NCBI GenBank assembly: GCA_965603825.1
Contig: CBFDEM010000008.1
Coordinates: forward strand, 124,001 to 188,000
DNA: 64,000 nt
Source: Blepharisma stoltei ATCC 30299
Taxonomy: Eukaryota > Protista > Ciliophora
Reading direction: 5' to 3'
Of this stretch, positions 59,201 to 64,000 are shown piece after piece. The notes under the pieces are model-generated. The model searched no databases, was not told the origin of the DNA, and was given only the letters and a program-made list of their open reading frames with translations. Numbering within the stretch: position 1 is the first letter of the stretch; each line of letters begins with the position of its first letter. The position numbers were made by a program, and so were the translations under genes.

Positions 59201-62200
59201 ATTACCTATATGTTTATATATAGCAGGAAATTTAGACAGAAACCTGTCAAATTCAATTTTTATTAAAAACACAAATTATTTTGTATCAGGATATGGGGCA
59301 GTACAGATAAAAAGCGAAAATAATTTTCATGTTAAGAATTGCTCGTTTGAGGAAAATTCAGCTAGTTTAGCACCTGCAATTTATGCTATGTGCCAAAATA
59401 TTTATATTTTAAATTCCACATTTGAATCAAATGAATCAAAACAAGGCAATGGAGGGACTTTACATTTTATTTCTGCAACTTCAACAATTAGACGGTCAGT
59501 TACTATTGAATCAAGCAGCTTCTGAAATAATTATGCATATGCAAATGGAGGGGGAGTGTATTTAGAAGAAAAATCTGCAATAACTGGAGGAATTGAACTT
59601 AAAATTATAGGGGCAAGCTTCGTTGGGAATTCTGCAACATATGGTTCAGGTTTATTTATTGACCAATCTGCAGCTTTGTCCCAGGATTCGATAATATCTT
59701 CTTCTATATTTCAAGAAAATTCTTCCAGCAAATCAGGCGCTATATTTTTGCAATATTATAGAGGCATTATTTTGATACAAAACAGTGAATTTGTAGAAAA
59801 TACTTCAGTTTTGTCAGCAGTTTTACATATTGATATTGCAGAGGATACAGAAAATCTTAATTCAAAAGTAAAAATTGAGTTTTCTACTTTTAGGGGGAAT
59901 AAAGGAAAATCAATTATATATGGGGACAATCAGAACAGAAATTCATCAATTGAAACTAAAAACTGTTTATTTGAGTATAATAAAGGCATAGTCGTTTATT
60001 TAGATTTTGACTATTTTTCTGAAACTGGATCAATTTTTCAGTACAATTCCGCCCCTATTGCATCTTGCTTCTATCTCCAAAACTCAGCCGTACTATATGC
60101 AAGCTCAATTTTTTTGAATAACACAAGTGAGAAATACGGAGGTGTTATCTCTATCACTTTTAAATCCATTTTTTACTGTGATCATTGCACATTTACAAAA
60201 AATCAAGCTTTAAAAGCCAAAGGAGGAGTCCTTGTCTCTGAGCAGGATTCTCAATTTTCAATATCAAATTCTCAATTTATTCAAAATTCCTGTGGAACTG
60301 ATGGCTCAGCTATTTTTGTATTTAATTGCAACTCAACTGCATCCTCAATTGCACATATAGACTTTCTAAATAATCATGCATATGGCTCAGGTTTAATTTC
60401 TCTGATTAGTTCTCAAATATCTATATCATCAATAAATATATCAAGTAATTCAGCTGAAATTCAAACATCTGGGATTAAATTGGCACATTCTATTGTAAAT
60501 ATATATGACTCGGTCTTTGAGAACCAAGCTAGCATTTCTGGTAATTTTATATATGCAATTGCTGGAAGCTATGGTTTTATAAAAAATACAACTTTTTATA
60601 AAGGAAATTCATCAGAAAATGGAGGGGCAATTTATTCAAGTTCTAGCACCCTTTTAATAGAGTCATCATCTTTTAGCCAACTTTTTTCTCGAATAGGAGG
60701 TGCAATTTATTGTGCCTTTGGCAGCAGTGCATCAATAAGTAATTGTGATTTTTTTGAATTAGAAAATTCAACGGATCTTGGGATAATAAATGCAAACCAA
60801 GCTACTTTGTCAGTCCAAAATTCTAGAATTCACCAATTTTCTGCAACAGCAATATACGGAAACCAATTAAAAAAATTAGAAATAGAAAATTCAGTTTTCA
60901 GCAATGGGTTAGGATCAAACGGCGGGGCTGTCTGATGTGAATCTTGCAGTAAAGTTAGTATCAGGTCATCAGTTTTTGAAAATAACACAGCTGCCACATA
61001 TGGAGGTGCCTTATATTTTACCACAACCAGCAGAGTTAAAGCAGTCCATGAGATTTCTACAAGTACATTTAAAAGCAATACTGCTCAAAATGGAGGGGCT
61101 ATATATTCAGATGATATTGATTTAGACGTTCTCTTGTCATTATTTATACTAAATAAAGCTATTTCAAGCCAAGATTCAGATAGCAACATCGAATTTGGAA
61201 AAGGTGGAGGGATTCTTGTAAGCTGCTCCACATATCAGTCATGCAAATTGAATATCAAATCTAATAATTTTACTGAAAATACTGCGAAATACAATGGTGG
61301 CGCTATTAGTTGGGATTATAAACTGCCAAATTTTGCTAACAACTCGTATTTAAATAATTCTGCTGAGTATGGGGATGAAATTGCATCTTTTCCTGCTAAG
61401 CTGATGCGAATAAATATAGATGGGATTTTAGAAGGCTATAAAAATAATACAGGATCAGCTGATCCTATCTCTATATCAAATTTAACAGAAATTGCACCAG
61501 GGCAGAACATCAAAAGTCCATTGTTAATCGCTCTAGTTGACCAGTCAAATAGTATCATACAAACTGATAACTGAAGCACGGCTGAGCTGATCGCTATTAA
61601 TTCCACAACCCAAATTTCAGGTAAAATCAAAGTGACATCAGTTAAAGGAATATTTAATTTTTCTGAATTCTCTATTTCAGAAGAGCCAGGGTCTGATATT
61701 CAAATTATGGTCACTTCTATAGCAATAGATACAGACAAGCTGAAAAACTCAGGAGAAGATTTTTTTAGTAAAAATTTGGTTTTTAATGGAAATATAAGGA
61801 AATGCGAAATCGGAGAAATAAAAACTGGAAAAAATTGTGAAATATGCCCTGAAGGATTTTACAGCTTAAACCCAAGCCTAATGGCATGTAATGCTTGTCC
61901 AGAGACTGCTATATGCTATGGAAATTGAACAATGGTTCCTAGGCCAGGATATTGGAGAGACAATAAGTATACAGAAAAATTTTGGGAATGCCCGTATCCT
62001 TCTGCTTGCTTAGGCTCACCTAATAAAACCCATATCTCTTATACAGGAGAATGCAGCAAAGGTTATAAGGGTAATAAGTGCCAATCATGCAAAAAGGGAT
62101 ACACTCACACATTTATAATAAGTGTAAAAAGTGTCCAAGCTCAGCAATCAATATACTGATATTAGGACTAATTGGAGCAGGGCTTTTATTTCTTCTATTT

Positions 62201-63211
62201 ATTATTGTAAAAGAAACAAGAAAATCTGCTTTTAAGCCTAAATCACATATGTCAATCTATATGAAAATCTTATTAAATTATTTGCAATTGATCACTCCAA
62301 TATCTGCTTTTAAGCTAAATTGGTCATCAGAAGTTTTGGCCCTTTTTGAATTCCAAAGCAACACAGATTATATACAGCCCCAAATTTACTCAGTTCAATG
62401 CCTTTTGCAAAAATATAGCTCCCAACAATCCACTTATTTTGAGACTCTTTTTATAACTGCTCTAATCCCATTTGTACTGATTATTTTATTGATAATATTT
62501 TGAATGATTTTGAAGCTGGTGAAATCTTCATTTCCAACGTTTTGAGATGATTTTATATCGACGTGCATTATTTTATTATTTTTACTACACTCAAGTATTG
62601 TTAAAAAAATGTTTGCGTCGATGAATTGCACTGAGATTAATAATGGGGAATATTGACTTGAAGAAGACCTTGATATAAAATGCTGAAATTATGAGCATTA
62701 TTTTTACGTAATGACTATATCTTTGCCAACTATCATTATATGAGGAATTATTTTACCTACAGTTTGTTTAATAGCTCTCATTAGAGACAAAGAGAATCTT
62801 AAATCAATAAATATTCGTGTGAGATATGGGTTTATTTTTAATGGTTACAAGGAAAGTAAATTCTATTGGGAATTTATCATTTTATATAGCAAAATCGTCT
62901 TAATATGCTGCTCAATATTTTATCAAAGAATTTCCTTAAAACTCCAAGCCGTTTCTGCTACAATTTTATATACAATTTATTTTCGCCTGCAATACTCAAA
63001 TAATCCTTATAGTGAAAATGATTTAAATCGGACTGAATTGCGCTCTAAATTCGCCTGTTTATTTACTATTTACTGCGGACTTTTTTATTTGATGGGATCA
63101 TTAAATGAAGGAGTCAGCTATTTTTTATTTAGTCTCATTGCTTTGATAAATCTCTATTTTTTATGTTTTATGTGTTTTTGCATTGCAAAGACAATTTTTA
63201 ACAAAAAATAA
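56277..63211 (+). CDS. Large surface receptor-like protein B (paralog of A), two 15-nt introns, single-base frameshift near 62113
   Basis: ATG-TGA start (MWLQVIVLLASASG signal), LNR repeats, GGAI/FxxN repeats and Cys-rich stalk, all in one frame to ~62113. The TM domain continues in another frame (62078-63211) to TAA. Confidence 0.82.
56361..56375 (+). other. 15-nt intron (in-frame, stop-free)
   Basis: GTAAATTTTAATCAG; CPPIS|RGD aligns with paralog CPDII|KGD. Confidence 0.82.
56611..56625 (+). other. 15-nt intron (in-frame, stop-free)
   Basis: GTAACTTATATTTAG; removal gives CAPSCFQQQLG, matching the repeat spacing of CASGCFTTMLG. Confidence 0.75.
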
Positions 63212-63270
63212 ACATTTTTTAAAGATTAAATGGCGAATTATTTATAGATTTCCAGTAAATATTTCTTTTA

Positions 63271-63771
63271 ATGGAATTCATGCCTGATTGGTTCTTTTAG
63301 TGTATGATAGAGCAGCTCAATTGAGAAGATATGTAGATGTGAATTATATTATAATGGCTATTTTCCGATGATGGCGATCTATGAGCTATAGCTATAAGTA
63401 GAGATTTAAATGAACTTTTAGCCCAGAGCGGCCTTACTTGCCACAGAATTTTTGCCATAAGAAATAGTTTTTATGCTAAAAGGAGATATAATAAAGCATT
63501 AAAACATTAATATGATGAGCCAAGTACAAATAAATATTATATTGCAGTAGTTAATGCCCTTTATAAGCAAGAAAAATGAAAGCAATCGCTTTGGCGCTAT
63601 AGTGAGACTATTAGAACAAAGTTGCTTTATGATACATATTATTGGTATAAAGGAAACGCTCTCAGTGAATTAGGTAAAAGAGAAATAGTTATTGAGTGTT
63701 TTCATGAAGCCTGCAGAATAAATTGCAGAGATGCTCAATATCTTAGCACCCGCCTCCCTAGAATAGAATAA
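63271..63771 (+). pseudogene. Degenerate TPR-repeat gene remnant
   Basis: NSFYAKRRYNKALKH*YDE...NALYKQEKWKQSLWRYSETIR...YWYKGNALSELGKREIVIECFHEACRIN: TPR-like helices with an in-frame TAA at 63508 and no usable start. The 5' boundary is approximate. Confidence 0.6.
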
Positions 63772-64000
63772 GCTACTACTTATTGAAATCAATATTTAAT
63801 TAAAATAAATCATTATAATAACTTAATTATTATTTCTTCCTGCTCAAAAAAAATGATTTTCTTTTATTTTCAAGCCAATAGCATGCAACTTGATTTTTTT
63901 AAAAATTATTTCTCCTGGATAATGTAATTCTGGTGCTAGCTATAGAAAGGTTGCAATAGTTGAATTTTTTTCCTGATTCGCTTTATGTTTCAAAATCCTT

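Noticed and set aside
5009-63211. Fragmented ORFs read as pseudogenes, operons or selenoproteins
   Set aside because: Breaks are in-frame TGAs at conserved Trp positions; genetic-code reassignment explains them all except the 62113 frameshift.
49229-63211. Bacterial (chlamydial Pmp/autotransporter) contamination or recent HGT
   Set aside because: The genes carry 15/16-nt spliceosomal introns, UGA=Trp, LNR repeats and alpha-helical TM domains rather than a beta-barrel.
1-64000. Telomeric repeats, tRNA/rRNA/snRNA genes, transposases, CRISPR arrays
   Set aside because: No tandem telomere-type repeats, cloverleaf or snRNA signatures, DDE/RT motifs or spaced direct repeats were seen by eye; a covariance-model search would be needed to exclude small RNAs.

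Overview
This is gene-dense, AT-rich eukaryotic DNA that reads as the macronuclear genome of a heterotrich ciliate, most consistent with Blepharisma. TGA is a sense codon for Trp: it sits at invariant Trp positions in WD40, kinase, Myb and TBC domains, and every complete gene ends in TAA or TAG. The standard-code ORF track therefore fragments most genes. Introns are 15-16 nt (GT...AG) with an invariant A six bases from the 3' end. Re-read this way, the window holds about 27 protein genes: VIT-vWA protein, CDC26, Rab, axonemal dynein intermediate chain, an Aurora-like pseudokinase lacking its N-lobe, AAGAB/p34, CDPK, a pseudo-OTU/RING protein, CDKL kinase, RPL41, CFAP58, PRIM2, a SPIRAL2/TORTIFOLIA1-like protein, RPS17, an N-truncated MSH2, TBC RabGAP, an OSCA/TMC-like channel, a cNMP-binding protein, PS synthase, MYCBP, R2R3-Myb, a 2091-aa macroglobulin-like/AbpF-like protein and a small Cys-cluster protein. 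The right end is a tandem array of ~2300-aa surface receptors (LNR repeats, Pmp-like beta-helix, Cys-rich stalk, multi-TM domain). It comprises a decayed 5' duplicate, one intact copy, and one copy frameshifted exactly at the ectodomain/TM junction. A TPR pseudogene follows. No rRNA, tRNA, CRISPR array, telomere or recognisable transposon was seen. All family assignments are by motif recognition, not database search.
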